In this document: positions 22,826 through 33,551 of the stretch, one piece after another
Layout of the letters: each line of letters starts with the position of its first letter
Position numbering within the stretch: the stretch's first letter is position 1
Origin: a virus
Lineage: Duplodnaviria; Caudoviricetes
Reading direction: 5' to 3' (one strand)
Length of the DNA: 64,000 bases
Virus record (IMG/VR): IMGVR_UViG_3300006802_000002
Location: 917 to 64,916 of that record
Program-made: the position numbers and the translations under genes
Notes under the pieces: generated by a model
The model's input: the letters and a program-made list of their open reading frames with translations, nothing else
Databases searched by the model: none
What the model was told of the DNA's origin: nothing

Positions 22826-23136
22826 AACATTAAATTGGGGCGGATGTTCCACATGCTATAATAAAGGTTACTATTATGCCTTTGAAAACGATAATGAAGA
22901 TTATCCATTAGCCCATGCAGCAAAAAAGCACTACTGCGAGTGCTATGTAGGCGTAATCCGTAAACAAGATGAAGAAAGACCAATAGAGATTTAAATGTTA
23001 AAAGTACACTCGATAACTAACACAAAAACTAACATAGATCAAAAAGTAAATGAATGGCTAAAAGAAAATCAAGGTAGAGTAATTAAAAATATTCAATACT
23101 TACCTGAAAATCATAAAGATTTATATAGAGTAATTA

Positions 23137-23370
23137 TTACTTATCAAGCTTAATCTCTTTGTGACATATATTTTCTACTGTGTTATTGTGCACCAGTAAT
23201 TGCCTAGCGGTTACTGGTGTAAATTTATCAGCAGGGTCTAGTACAATATACTCTACAATGTCGCAATAATTATTTGCGGGTATACTTTTGCAACTCACTA
23301 AAAACGGACTTGTCATCAATAGTCCCAATATGGTGAGAAGTCTCAAGTGCTTTCTTATTTTGTTCAGCAT
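23137..23370 (-). CDS. o-spanin (Rz1-like lipoprotein)
   Basis: Basic N-terminus, hydrophobic stretch, lipobox LVSC; overlaps the i-spanin gene in another frame. Confidence 0.7.
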   Translation of the reverse strand: MLNKIRKHLRLLTILGLLMTSPFLVSCKSIPANNYCDIVEYIVLDPADKFTPVTARQLLVHNNTVENICHKEIKLDK

Positions 23371-23512
23371 TTTGTTTATATACCTCATTTTTAACTTCGT
23401 TCTTGCCCTCTGACTTAGCTTTAAAATAAAACCCAATTAAAGCTGTAATAATAGCTAAAGCGCCTAAAATAAAGGCACTAAATTTGTTCCACAAGCTAGT
23501 TAATAGGAGCAT
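23270..23512 (-). CDS. i-spanin (Rz-like)
   Basis: N-terminal TM helix followed by a charged helical region; overlapped by the lipoprotein gene. Confidence 0.65.
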   Translation of the reverse strand: MLLLTSLWNKFSAFILGALAIITALIGFYFKAKSEGKNEVKNEVYKQNAEQNKKALETSHHIGTIDDKSVFSELQKYTRK

Positions 23513-23693
23513 ATATTTCCCAATCTTGATCTAGAATATCTTCTTGTAAAGGTCTCCACATAACTGCCCAATCGTTAGGTTCATATTTATGTATTATACC
23601 TTTTATGTAATAAAGATGGTAACCAGTAGGCCATTTCCATCTACGTACTTTTTCGCCTTCTTTCATTAAATCTAAGGCAGTTTCAAATTTCAT
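23496..23693 (-). CDS. DUF2829 / Tad2-like anti-defence sponge protein
   Basis: MKFETALDLMKEGEKVRRWKW...WRPLQEDILDQDWEI fits the F..AL..LK.G..V.R..W / W.P.Q.D.LA.DW pattern. Confidence 0.75.
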   Translation of the reverse strand: MKFETALDLMKEGEKVRRWKWPTGYHLYYIKGIIHKYEPNDWAVMWRPLQEDILDQDWEIYAPIN

Positions 23694-23696
23694 GTA

Positions 23697-24194
23697 TTAT
23701 CCTATTGCTAGTATAAATGTAATATATAATACAATACCGTAAGTAATTTCAACTACACTTAAAGGCCCATCAATAAACTTACTCTTTAATATAGTAACGT
23801 CTGGTACATTTTGCAAGTATTTAGTGCATAAATAATGTAATGGGCCAAACATAGCCCCACCCAATACTGCAATAAACCATAAAGAATATCCAAAATAGGC
23901 CAATGGAAGGCCAACTATTAACCCTTGTACCGAGCCTCTAGTAGTTAGTACTAGGGACTTTTTAACGTTTACATCTTCGCTAAAGGCGTCCCACCACCCC
24001 ATTAGCATTAAAGCTGGCATATGAAGCATGGCTATAAGGGCTGGAATAAGACCCCCTATAGAAAGGGCTAGGAAGGCCAAGGGAAGGGTTCCTAGTAATC
24101 TGGCTACCTGAGTCCCAAAAGGATTCCAATGCCCTAAAAAGCCCCCTCTAATGCGCCAGAATAAGCCCCCTAGAAAGGCACTTAGGGCCAGCAC
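23697..24194 (-). CDS. Multi-pass membrane protein in the lysis module
   Basis: Several hydrophobic helices; WRIRGG motif near the N-terminus. Confidence 0.6.
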   Translation of the reverse strand: MLALSAFLGGLFWRIRGGFLGHWNPFGTQVARLLGTLPLAFLALSIGGLIPALIAMLHMPALMLMGWWDAFSEDVNVKKSLVLTTRGSVQGLIVGLPLAYFGYSLWFIAVLGGAMFGPLHYLCTKYLQNVPDVTILKSKFIDGPLSVVEITYGIVLYITFILAIG

Positions 24195-24829
24195 TATACA
24201 GCGCCATCCTTAATGGGCTTAATCTTCTGCCAAATTATGTACCCCACAATTAAGGCAACAATGCCTAAAACTGCCCAGGGAGCGAAGTTAAACATTTGAA
24301 TTAAAAGGTCATTTACAGGGGCAATTGTATTAGCCACCTGGGATACAACTGCAACTGTAGTTAATTGGGCTACAGGGTCCTTAGAAACTTCCTTAACGAC
24401 GGATTTATTAGGTGTGTCATGTACACCAGCCATCTTTAAGGCATCCCTAACAGTGTCCTCAGAATAAGGCATTTCGCCCCTATTTTCAAACTTGATAATT
24501 GCCTTAATAATTTGCTGCATAGTATTATAATTATCTACATCAATTTCTGCATCAGGAGATATATTTAAATACCTAGCAACATATTCGGCGTATTTATCAG
24601 TAGGATTTTCACTACCGGGGGCAAATCTATTAATAAGTAATCTAACAGTATTTAATTGATAATGTACAGAATAGGTAATTAATAACTTAGCACCGGCCCT
24701 AATACCATATTCAGGACTTTTAAATTGTTCAAAAGTACCATCAGTATTAGGTGTAACTTTACCTTCCCATTTATTAGGACTAATCCTAATATTCATAGGG
24801 TTGTTATTACGAATACCTCTTGAAGTCAT
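24194..24829 (-). CDS. Putative endolysin (lysozyme-like fold) with C-terminal membrane anchor
   Basis: RGIRNNNPMNIR, FAPGSENPT and ENRG motifs; hydrophobic C-terminus; upstream of the spanins. Confidence 0.7.
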   Translation of the reverse strand: MTSRGIRNNNPMNIRISPNKWEGKVTPNTDGTFEQFKSPEYGIRAGAKLLITYSVHYQLNTVRLLINRFAPGSENPTDKYAEYVARYLNISPDAEIDVDNYNTMQQIIKAIIKFENRGEMPYSEDTVRDALKMAGVHDTPNKSVVKEVSKDPVAQLTTVAVVSQVANTIAPVNDLLIQMFNFAPWAVLGIVALIVGYIIWQKIKPIKDGAV

Positions 24830-25078
24830 TTATTTATCCTTTATAACGTTATCAATTCTTCTATTGAGATTTTCTAAAGCATTCTTAGTATCTCTTAGAC
24901 CTTCTGTTATTAAAGACACAATACCATTGAACTCATCGCGTTGTATACATTTAATTTCAAGAATATCTACGCGCCTATGAATTGGTTTTAAACATAGTTG
25001 TAGTATAGTCCAACATCCTGCACATAGCAAGCCAGTCGCAGTTAAAATGACACCAACAGCCACCCAATCCCATACCAT
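24830..25078 (-). CDS. Small TM + coiled-coil protein (holin/antiholin-like)
   Basis: N-terminal TM helix; directly before the endolysin. Confidence 0.45.
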   Translation of the reverse strand: MVWDWVAVGVILTATGLLCAGCWTILQLCLKPIHRRVDILEIKCIQRDEFNGIVSLITEGLRDTKNALENLNRRIDNVIKDK

Positions 25079-25089
25079 CTTATTATTCC

Positions 25090-27267
25090 TTATTTTCTGA
25101 ATATAGGTTCACTATATGGTTGTTTTTGTTTACCGAGGTTTTCGATGTATTTCTGAGCCTGTGAAGTATACAGGTCAGGGTATTGTGCTAATAATAGATT
25201 TTTAGCTTGCTGTGAAGCTGTTCCTACTATAGACGACAATATTTTCTTTTGAATTTCTGTGGCTAGTCCATTCCAATTAGGTACATTTTCTAGCATACGG
25301 TTTCCAAGTACGCTTAGAATTTGGCCTTTAGTTTTTGCATAATAGGCGTATTGATCCTCGGTTAAATCTTGTTTAACGTCTGGGAATAGGCTTAATTCTT
25401 CTGATACCTTCTTTGTAGGCATACCTAAATCAGCCATGGTACGCATTACAGGGTTTTTAGATAAGTCTGTGCCTCTATATGGGCTTACCATACGTACAGC
25501 GAAGTCATAGATTTGACCGCCAATGTCATCAGGTTCTACATTACCTAATGGCCCCATGGGCTGCCCAATACGCTTAGGATCGCCTGTAATATTTACAGCT
25601 TGAGGCAATTCACTTCTTCCAATACCAGCACGGTTCTTTAATTGATCCATAATGGTAAGCATTTGACGTTGTTCTGGGTCAATAGCATCATTAAAATGCT
25701 TTACGATAGCTGGAATAGGCATACCTGCTAATTGCCCTAGGAAACGCTTACCATATCTTTCTGGATCAGTAGCAGCTTGTAAAGCTAGCCCAAGATTACT
25801 CATCCATGTTTTTTCAACAAGGTTATAGCCAATCATTAAACCCGCAGCGTGCATGGCATCAATTACGTTCTTATTAAAGTCTTCATCTTGGTTTTGTGCT
25901 GCTCTTAATAATCTATTAAAGTCTGCTCCAAGACCCATTAATAAGCCCATAGCATCAGGACGAGTATACTTATAAACCCTGTCCCCATCACGGAATGAAT
26001 AAGGTTCATAGCCTGCTTCCAATTGTGTGGTACGTTTTTCTGGATCAATTGCAGGGCCAGCACTAATATAGCCATTGGCTTCTAAATACATTGCAGCTAA
26101 AAGCACAGAAGAGCCAAATGTCTGTCTAGCTACAACATTATCGAAATCCATTTTAGTGTATTCTTTAATCTTGGATAATTCATTTTCAGGAGTACGCTTA
26201 AGTACTTCGGCAAAGGTTTTGCCTCCTGTTAATTCTCTTTGTGTATCTTTATAGAGCAATCCCATACCTGGAACACGTTCAAATACCCACCTAAAGATAT
26301 TGGCAGGAGTATTAATGAATGGTACAAGCACACGACCGAATGGGACTTTATCAATGAAATTAATAACGGCTTTAGTTGTTTCGCTAGGAGGGCTTGTGAA
26401 GTTGGCTTTTTTACCTTCTAGTTCGGCTCTATACATGGATAACTTTTTACCAAAGTCATTAAGGAATTCCATTTCAGGACGATCAGCTAATCCCATTTGC
26501 TCATAGCGTCTATAAAGTTCTTTAGCCTGTAGAATTTGGTTTTGATCCATGGCGTATTTATTAGGATTGCTAACGAAATCAGCTAGAAACTCAGAGCGAG
26601 TGCCTGTCTTTTCTCCATTGGCTTGTGCTCTTTTATAGGCAATAGAGGCTTGTTCCCATAAAGATGCGCGCTTTCCTACTTCTTGCATCATGGCATCTGT
26701 ACCAGCAATTAAAGAAGAAGGTACACGAATAATTCTACCAAGAATACGTTCTACATTACTTGCATCTTCTGCTGTACCGATAGTGCTTCTCACAGGATGG
26801 CTTGGGCTTAATTCGTGCCCTGCCTCATTTGCTAATCTAAATGATTTCCACCAAATACCGGCCAATTCTTGTGCGGAAGCTATTAAACCTAAATCCTTGT
26901 CTTTAATAGAATAGCCCATGCCTTTAGCTCGGGATAATACATCCCCTGCTGTGTAGCGTTCAGCTTCATTTAAAGACCCTGTAAGGCCCTGTCTAATTAA
27001 ACCTACACCAGAGGCTAGACCACGTTCCATAGTGGTTGTAACGTTCATTAGCGTGGTTTCTAGACCAATGGCAACCTGTGTGGGTAAACCTGCAAGCATG
27101 GCGTTATAAAGTACTTCCATGCCCTTTTTACCTAAAGTTGGTTTAGCTTTTGCAGCTTCTTCTTGACCAGCAAAAAACCTACTAATTGATCCAGTATCAT
27201 TTGGATCAATCATGGCAAGTTGTTGTGCTTCTCTGATTAGCTTATCCACACAAGAGAGTCGCGCCAT
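25090..27267 (-). CDS. Large internal virion (ejection) protein, C-terminal part
   Basis: Helical protein with VPFINTPANI, GYEPYS and EKTWMS motifs seen in large podovirus internal proteins; position in the module. Confidence 0.6.
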   Translation of the reverse strand: MARLSCVDKLIREAQQLAMIDPNDTGSISRFFAGQEEAAKAKPTLGKKGMEVLYNAMLAGLPTQVAIGLETTLMNVTTTMERGLASGVGLIRQGLTGSLNEAERYTAGDVLSRAKGMGYSIKDKDLGLIASAQELAGIWWKSFRLANEAGHELSPSHPVRSTIGTAEDASNVERILGRIIRVPSSLIAGTDAMMQEVGKRASLWEQASIAYKRAQANGEKTGTRSEFLADFVSNPNKYAMDQNQILQAKELYRRYEQMGLADRPEMEFLNDFGKKLSMYRAELEGKKANFTSPPSETTKAVINFIDKVPFGRVLVPFINTPANIFRWVFERVPGMGLLYKDTQRELTGGKTFAEVLKRTPENELSKIKEYTKMDFDNVVARQTFGSSVLLAAMYLEANGYISAGPAIDPEKRTTQLEAGYEPYSFRDGDRVYKYTRPDAMGLLMGLGADFNRLLRAAQNQDEDFNKNVIDAMHAAGLMIGYNLVEKTWMSNLGLALQAATDPERYGKRFLGQLAGMPIPAIVKHFNDAIDPEQRQMLTIMDQLKNRAGIGRSELPQAVNITGDPKRIGQPMGPLGNVEPDDIGGQIYDFAVRMVSPYRGTDLSKNPVMRTMADLGMPTKKVSEELSLFPDVKQDLTEDQYAYYAKTKGQILSVLGNRMLENVPNWNGLATEIQKKILSSIVGTASQQAKNLLLAQYPDLYTSQAQKYIENLGKQKQPYSEPIFRK

Positions 27268-29422
27268 CGCCTTGTAATCCTTCTGGGCCGTTCATATCTT
27301 TAATAATACGCATTAAATATTCTTCTGGAGACTCATTATAATTAGGCTTTAGCATAGCCAAGCTTCTACCAATTTCACTCTTGGAGCCATAAAAGCTTTT
27401 CATAACATCAGTAAATTTAAGCCTAAATTGAGCGTAAGCCACTAAAGACTTTAATGTTTCTGGATTATCTTTGCCTAATTTCCATAATTTTTCATTAAAA
27501 TCTGAGGCTAAAGTGTGTAATTGTACACCTTCTTTATTGTATTGGTAAAGGGCTCCTGATACAACAGTGCTTAACCTATCACCAGATACTCCAAGTTTAT
27601 TCTCAAGAGTTTTAAAGATATTTAAACTAGGATCGCCTAATAATTCCTTAGCAGAAGCTAGTGAAGCTTCTTTAGAAATATGGGGACGTTCGGTATTAAA
27701 TCCTTCATTTGCCTCAGATAACCTAATAATTTCTGACCACATTTCAGCAGGAGAATTCATATAGGTCATTTTATCCACTTTACCAGTAAGCTTTTCTAAT
27801 CGCTCTACGTGTAAAGGAGTAGGTCCTTCTGGTTTAATTGGTGGTATTTCGTCTATTCCAGGAGGCTTAGGAGGCACAGTAGGAGGCGCAGATAAATCAA
27901 TATCACCATTATCTAATAGTTTAATTTCTTTAGGAATGGGTTTAGGTTCATCAGCGTTATCTAAAGCCTGAGCAATAATTGGATTTTGCTCTTTAAATGG
28001 TGTTTTAGGAGGTTCTGGTTTATTTTGTCCTTTTAGAATTTCATGGGCTTCTTTAGGCGTCATGTTTCTAATTTGATTTAAAGTATACCCTCTATCGGCC
28101 AAATCTTGTTTCATTTGGCGTGTTACCATAAATGGTATACCCTCGTCTTTGGGAGTCTCTTCTACAGGATTAATAAAGTCTACTTTATATGGATCATCTG
28201 CTACGAATGGCTCTTTCTTAATTCTCTTAGAGACTTTAGCAGGATTTTCTTTAACTACAGGCACAGGTTCTGCATTAGGAGTAGCATCTGCATCCATATT
28301 ATAATCAAAAGGCTTATATTCGGATGGTTTAATTAAAGGTTGATTTTCTTTAATGGGTTCTGGAATGCTGCTTTGGCCTTCCATTGGACTTAAACCACTG
28401 AAATTAGTTTCCCCATATCCTAATTCTTGTTCAGTTCTTTGAAGGGGTGTGGGTTCAGTAATTGTTTCAATGGGTCTAGTAGTTTCCATTTCTGGAAATT
28501 TATTAGCATTGGCAGGTTCAGGAATGGCTTCCCTACGAGTTAACACACTCATAGCATTAGATTGATCTTCTACAGGAGTAGCTTTATCTAATTGGTATTG
28601 GTATGGGGCATTATCTTGTTTAAATACATTAGTGTTTGGTTCAAGAGCATCAGGGCGCTTTAATATACTAAATCCCTTCTTAATTGCTCCTGCACCACCT
28701 CTAATGACACCACCAAATAGACCCATAGCACCTGCGGCTTCAGCAGTTTCTAGGGGAGAATATTCATCTCTAGTACCAATAGATTTTTGTAATACCTGTT
28801 GAGAAACATCAGATACAGCACCAGCAGCAGCATCTGATACAGCAGCACCAGCACTTCTAGCTAGAATACCTGCACCTTCACCAATAAACTTGGAAGCTAC
28901 TTTACCTCCTACAGCGCCACCGGCCCATGTAATAGGATCAACAACACCACGCCAAATGTTAGCCCATAGACGACTAGCACGCTCCCCTAAAGGTCTATTT
29001 TCACCTTCCCAGAATGCAGGAAGATTATCAAATTGTTCTCCAAGGAAAGACATTTGTTTAGCTTTAATAGGGTCTACTGTCTGTGCCTTTACAGCGTCTA
29101 TTAAAGCCATAGCAGAGTTTGCGCTATTCCAGGTTTGATCTGCTACCCAAGAGCTTAATGCTTCATTAGGATCGGTCTTACCATAGTATTCCTGAGCCAC
29201 CCTAACAAGCATAGGGTGTGCCTTTTGTCCTGCAAACCCTGGAATTTCTATTTCTTGCGGTTGTTGCACAGGACTTACGGCTTGCTCAATTGCGTCTAAA
29301 GAATTAGGAATAGGTTTTGCAGCAGGAACTTGCCCCGCTACATTGGCCTCAATTTGGTCTAATGAAGTAAACGACTTTGTTTGAGGAGCGCTTACTTTTT
29401 TTTCAATATCTGCTAAGTTCAT
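27242..29422 (-). CDS. Large internal virion protein, N-terminal part
   Basis: DPITW...G/A-rich amphipathic segment and Pro-rich linker; position in the module. Confidence 0.55.
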   Translation of the reverse strand: MNLADIEKKVSAPQTKSFTSLDQIEANVAGQVPAAKPIPNSLDAIEQAVSPVQQPQEIEIPGFAGQKAHPMLVRVAQEYYGKTDPNEALSSWVADQTWNSANSAMALIDAVKAQTVDPIKAKQMSFLGEQFDNLPAFWEGENRPLGERASRLWANIWRGVVDPITWAGGAVGGKVASKFIGEGAGILARSAGAAVSDAAAGAVSDVSQQVLQKSIGTRDEYSPLETAEAAGAMGLFGGVIRGGAGAIKKGFSILKRPDALEPNTNVFKQDNAPYQYQLDKATPVEDQSNAMSVLTRREAIPEPANANKFPEMETTRPIETITEPTPLQRTEQELGYGETNFSGLSPMEGQSSIPEPIKENQPLIKPSEYKPFDYNMDADATPNAEPVPVVKENPAKVSKRIKKEPFVADDPYKVDFINPVEETPKDEGIPFMVTRQMKQDLADRGYTLNQIRNMTPKEAHEILKGQNKPEPPKTPFKEQNPIIAQALDNADEPKPIPKEIKLLDNGDIDLSAPPTVPPKPPGIDEIPPIKPEGPTPLHVERLEKLTGKVDKMTYMNSPAEMWSEIIRLSEANEGFNTERPHISKEASLASAKELLGDPSLNIFKTLENKLGVSGDRLSTVVSGALYQYNKEGVQLHTLASDFNEKLWKLGKDNPETLKSLVAYAQFRLKFTDVMKSFYGSKSEIGRSLAMLKPNYNESPEEYLMRIIKDMNGPEGLQGDGATLLCG

Positions 29423-31150
29423 TTATTTCTTTAATGCTTTTCTAACTTCATCTTCTGAAACATTACGCTTTTCTTTTTTAGCGTTAGACATAGCTTCTTT
29501 TACAGCTTTTTCAAATTCAATACCACTGTCTATTAAGGATTGTGCGTCACTGACAGTAGAATTTAATTCTTTTGACTGTCTAAGTTGGGCCTTAGTAGGT
29601 TTAACGTCTCCAAATGCAGATTTAACAGACTTATCTTCCCCCGTCGATGGTTTATTAGGTTCTTCAATAGGCTTAGGACCTAATCCATACTTCTTAGCCT
29701 TCTTATCTCCGTATTTAGTATTAAATTCGGCAATAACTTTATCTTTATCGGCACCTTCTGGCATATTTTTAATAGCGTCAGATACTGCCTTTAATCTAGT
29801 ATTCTCGTCTTTTGGTACATCTTTACCAGCATACGGATCAGTCTTAGAACCGCCCTTGCCAGGGTCATTGGCACCCGCCTTATATCCTGGAGGAGTTGAT
29901 GCTGTTCTTGGATCAAGGGCAGTGTTAACACCTTGTGGAGGTTTATTATTAGGCCCTGCTATAACACGACTATACGCTTCTGTGTCTGTCTTTTTAAGAA
30001 CTTGTAGTGCAATCCACTCTTCTGTTTGTGGATTAGACATATCAATCCCGGGGAATTGTTTAGCAAATTCTGCAATCATAGAAGGATCAGCTTTAATTGC
30101 TTCTTTAGTTGCGTCTAGTTTTGCAGCAGCATCCGCGTATCTTTGTGCTGGACTTCCGGCAATAGTGGCATCACGAGTAGCTTTAGCTGCCCTTTCGTGG
30201 ATTTCAGCAGCTTGTACGGTTGCACCAGCACTGATTTTATGTCCCTCAAGAGTAGCAGCAGCTTGAATTTTAGCAGCATCAATATGCCATTGATTTTGCT
30301 GTTGAGCATTGGCGATATATTTACCAGCTTCTTCATAATTACCTGAACCTACAGCTTGCCAGAATTTAGCAGGATCGGTTAATTTACCAGGATCAGCAGC
30401 AAGCTTCATAGCATTAGAAATAAGCATAGCTTTACCTGCATCCATAGGAGCACCTGTGGAGCTAGGATTAAAGTCGGTCTTACCTGTGTCTTGTCCTGAA
30501 CGAATGGCTTGTACTTGTTCTGGGGTCATGCCGGTACGAGCAGAGATATTCTCAATAGATTTTTGTTGGTATTGTTCAGGAGTGCTTTTACCAGTAAATA
30601 GATTACTTGCGGTAACATCCTTCTTGAATAGACCATTGCCAAGTCCAGGAGCTTGTGCAGGTTGTTGGGGTTGTCCTTGTACATTAGCAGAAGGAACATT
30701 TCCAGCCATGGGAGCGGCTTGTGCTTGTGGTGTAGTTCCTTGTGTAGGAGTACCTGCTTGTGCTTGTGGATTATCTCCATTAGGAGCAGCTTGAGCAGAT
30801 GCAGTGGCTTGTGCTTGGGATTGTGTTTCTTTTAATTTCATATCTGCGTATTGTTGTTGTGCAGACTTAAGAGTAATAGGATCAGAAATATTATACCCAC
30901 CAGAAATAAAAGTTCTAGCAACATCTAGTGCTTTAGTGTCCCTAGGATCACCAGAAATTTGTAATGCAAATCCTCTAGCTTGGTTATCCAGCTTTTGCTG
31001 TTCAGCTTTATTGGCTCTATATACTTTTAAGCCTTCGTTAAACGATTTAAGGTCTTCAAGCATAAATTCATTTTCTTGCTTTCTATTCTCATCTTGAATA
31101 GAAGACATTTTCTTGAAGAAGCCAGTACCGATACCACCTAAACCTGCCAT
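29423..31150 (-). CDS. Putative internal virion protein (Q/A/P-rich)
   Basis: Low-complexity helical protein in the ejection-protein cluster. Confidence 0.5.
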   Translation of the reverse strand: MAGLGGIGTGFFKKMSSIQDENRKQENEFMLEDLKSFNEGLKVYRANKAEQQKLDNQARGFALQISGDPRDTKALDVARTFISGGYNISDPITLKSAQQQYADMKLKETQSQAQATASAQAAPNGDNPQAQAGTPTQGTTPQAQAAPMAGNVPSANVQGQPQQPAQAPGLGNGLFKKDVTASNLFTGKSTPEQYQQKSIENISARTGMTPEQVQAIRSGQDTGKTDFNPSSTGAPMDAGKAMLISNAMKLAADPGKLTDPAKFWQAVGSGNYEEAGKYIANAQQQNQWHIDAAKIQAAATLEGHKISAGATVQAAEIHERAAKATRDATIAGSPAQRYADAAAKLDATKEAIKADPSMIAEFAKQFPGIDMSNPQTEEWIALQVLKKTDTEAYSRVIAGPNNKPPQGVNTALDPRTASTPPGYKAGANDPGKGGSKTDPYAGKDVPKDENTRLKAVSDAIKNMPEGADKDKVIAEFNTKYGDKKAKKYGLGPKPIEEPNKPSTGEDKSVKSAFGDVKPTKAQLRQSKELNSTVSDAQSLIDSGIEFEKAVKEAMSNAKKEKRNVSEDEVRKALKK

Positions 31151-31162
31151 ATTAGTATTCCT

Positions 31163-32037
31163 TTATTGTCCTGGGGGAGTAAATAAACCATTTCCTTGGG
31201 GTGCTAATGCAGCAGCAGGATCAGGAGGAGCACTTTGACCCATTCCGGGCATTACATTGCCACCTTGTTCAGCATCGTCAAATGCAGCAGCTACATCGTC
31301 AGGAGTACCACCCATCTTAGCTTTAATTAGATTGGTGTTTAATTCTTGCATGAAAGTATCAACACCAGAAGGACCACCATCAGGAATTAACTTGTATTTA
31401 ATGCCTGCCTTTTCAGCTAACGTAGCAACCATAAGAAATACATTTTGGTCAATGAGCATCATAACATCAATAGACCAAAGACCTTGTTGAAATCCTGATA
31501 CAAGAGTACCTTTAGTAATATCTGCTACTGTAGCACCACTTTCTAATAGCGCAAGCATTTTAGGAAGTCTATCAGGTTTAACTAAAGTCTTCCAAATAAA
31601 ATTGACAGCTTCTTGTGGGTCCACATATTGAGGAGGTCTTTCCCAAGGAAATGATCCAGGAGGATGGGCTAAACCTTCACCAGGAACAGGGGCACTAAAT
31701 TGTGATGGCATTATTTCATACCCTTTTCTTCATCTTTAGCTTCATACTCATCTAGAAAATCCTTTAATTGACTATTGAAAGGTTTTCCATTCCACATAAA
31801 ATTACTATCAAAGCCGCCCTTTTGCGATTGCATAGCATTGCCTTGATTATATTGAGAAGTACCCTCTACAATACCTGTAGGTTGTGCTTTTCCAGGAGTA
31901 GCTTTATTAGAACTAGATTGACCAGCGTTAAAAGAACTATTATCCGTAATGGATTTGCCTTTTAAGCCACCGCCCCCTAGGAAAGCACTAACGCCCCCAG
32001 ATATCATATTTTTTGCGAGACTCCAAAACTCAAACAT
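31163..32037 (-). CDS. Two hypothetical virion-module proteins (31163-31711, 31711-32037)
   Basis: APVPGEGL...PWERPPQY motif in the 31163-31711 protein; coupled stop/start. Confidence 0.55.
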
Positions 32038-33551
32038 TATTTTAAGGCTCCTTGGAACATGCCAGCTAGGAAGTTACCGAATGCGTTCATGAATGCTGCA
32101 TCCTGCTCCTGATTAAACAATTCTTTCTTGCCTTGTGTATACAAAGCAATCTGTGCAAGTTTATTAAATCTATCTTCTTTATTTTCATTTGCGGTAAACG
32201 CCCATGCACTTTCGTCTCTATATTGCTGCCATTGTTTATCATACGCAGAATTAGAAATTTGCAGTTTATTAAGTGCGTTTAATCTATTTTCTTCATTTTG
32301 TGCAGCAGTATTAGTAGTATTAATTTGTCTGCGCCATTGTGTGTTAGCTTGCTGAACAACTAAATCATTTTGTGTGTTAAACTTATCTCTGCTATCTTGC
32401 ATGGTTTTATCAAACTTTTCCATAGAGTTTTCTTCACCAGCATTATATTGACTGATAGCAGTTCTTTGTGCAGCATTAAAGGTTGATACATTGGTTGCAA
32501 GATTGGCGTAGAATTCATTTGCTTGGTTCATATTGGAAGCATTAAAATTCTTCGCAGCATTATCCGCAGCTTGATTACTTAGTAAGAATTGGGACTTCTG
32601 TTGTGAATTTACAAGGGCTGCCTGTTGTTTATTATTAAGATTTTGTAAATCCATAGCCACAAGAGCATCGCTATCACCTTTGGCAATAGGTACAGCAGCA
32701 TCAATAATAGCTGCCATAATAGCTTGTCCTGCCATTGAGGAATTATCAATACCTCTAGCAGCAAGGATTTGTTGAGCCTTTCTAGCAGCACCAGAAGCCC
32801 ATGTTGGGAATTGTCCATCACTTCCAGGCTGTAATAGTTCATTTAATCTGCCACTAACTAAGTGAGAACTATCTATAGCAGCAGTAGCAGCTTCCATTAA
32901 AGCAGCATCTTGTTGCTGTTTATCTATTTGAGTGGCTTGATAAGTATTTACGCCTGTGTTTTGAGATGCCTCTGCCTGTCCTGCTTGTGCTTTGGATGTT
33001 GTAGAAGTACCCAAAGAACCAAGACTATTAGACTGCATAAATTCATTGGAATTTGCAGAAATATCATTAAAGTTTACTTCTGTACCAGGAGGCAATACAG
33101 GATTAGTAGCTCTAGTATTTGTGCTGTTTATAATAGCACTATTGCGGCTATCTACAGGCTGTTGATATGTTGGTGTAGTAGATGTTGTAGAGGCTGTAGT
33201 AGTTCCGGTGGACTCAGTGCTTCCTGTAGAACCGCCCCCACCACCTTCGTTACCTCCACCTGAACCATTTCCACCATTACCTGTTTCACCACCATTTCCA
33301 CCATTACCTGTTTCACCACCATTTCCACCATTATCTACGCCACCATTATCTACGCCACCATTATCTACGCCACCATTATCAGCAGTCATGGTAGGATTAT
33401 TGGCAGGGGCTCCCCCAGGCATTGTAGCTAATACTGGATCGGTACCATTAACCCCATTAACCCCTACGGACTGTGATAGCCCAGGATTAGGGGATTGCGT
33501 AGCTAATACTGGATCGGTACTAATAGTACCTAAACCTGCTTCTGTTGCCAT
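32037..33551 (-). CDS. Internal virion / DNA-pilot-like protein with Gly-Asn repeats
   Basis: Q/N/A-rich coiled region; DNGGV x3 and GNGGNGGET repeats. Likely start is MATEAG, coupled to the upstream stop. Confidence 0.55.
   Translation of the reverse strand: MATEAGLGTISTDPVLATQSPNPGLSQSVGVNGVNGTDPVLATMPGGAPANNPTMTADNGGVDNGGVDNGGVDNGGNGGETGNGGNGGETGNGGNGSGGGNEGGGGGSTGSTESTGTTTASTTSTTPTYQQPVDSRNSAIINSTNTRATNPVLPPGTEVNFNDISANSNEFMQSNSLGSLGTSTTSKAQAGQAEASQNTGVNTYQATQIDKQQQDAALMEAATAAIDSSHLVSGRLNELLQPGSDGQFPTWASGAARKAQQILAARGIDNSSMAGQAIMAAIIDAAVPIAKGDSDALVAMDLQNLNNKQQAALVNSQQKSQFLLSNQAADNAAKNFNASNMNQANEFYANLATNVSTFNAAQRTAISQYNAGEENSMEKFDKTMQDSRDKFNTQNDLVVQQANTQWRRQINTTNTAAQNEENRLNALNKLQISNSAYDKQWQQYRDESAWAFTANENKEDRFNKLAQIALYTQGKKELFNQEQDAAFMNAFGNFLAGMFQGALK
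33262..33380. repeat. In-frame tandem repeats (15-bp unit x3; 27-bp unit x2)
   Basis: CCACCATTATCTACG three times; CCATTTCCACCATTACCTGTTTCACCA twice. Confidence 0.85.
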
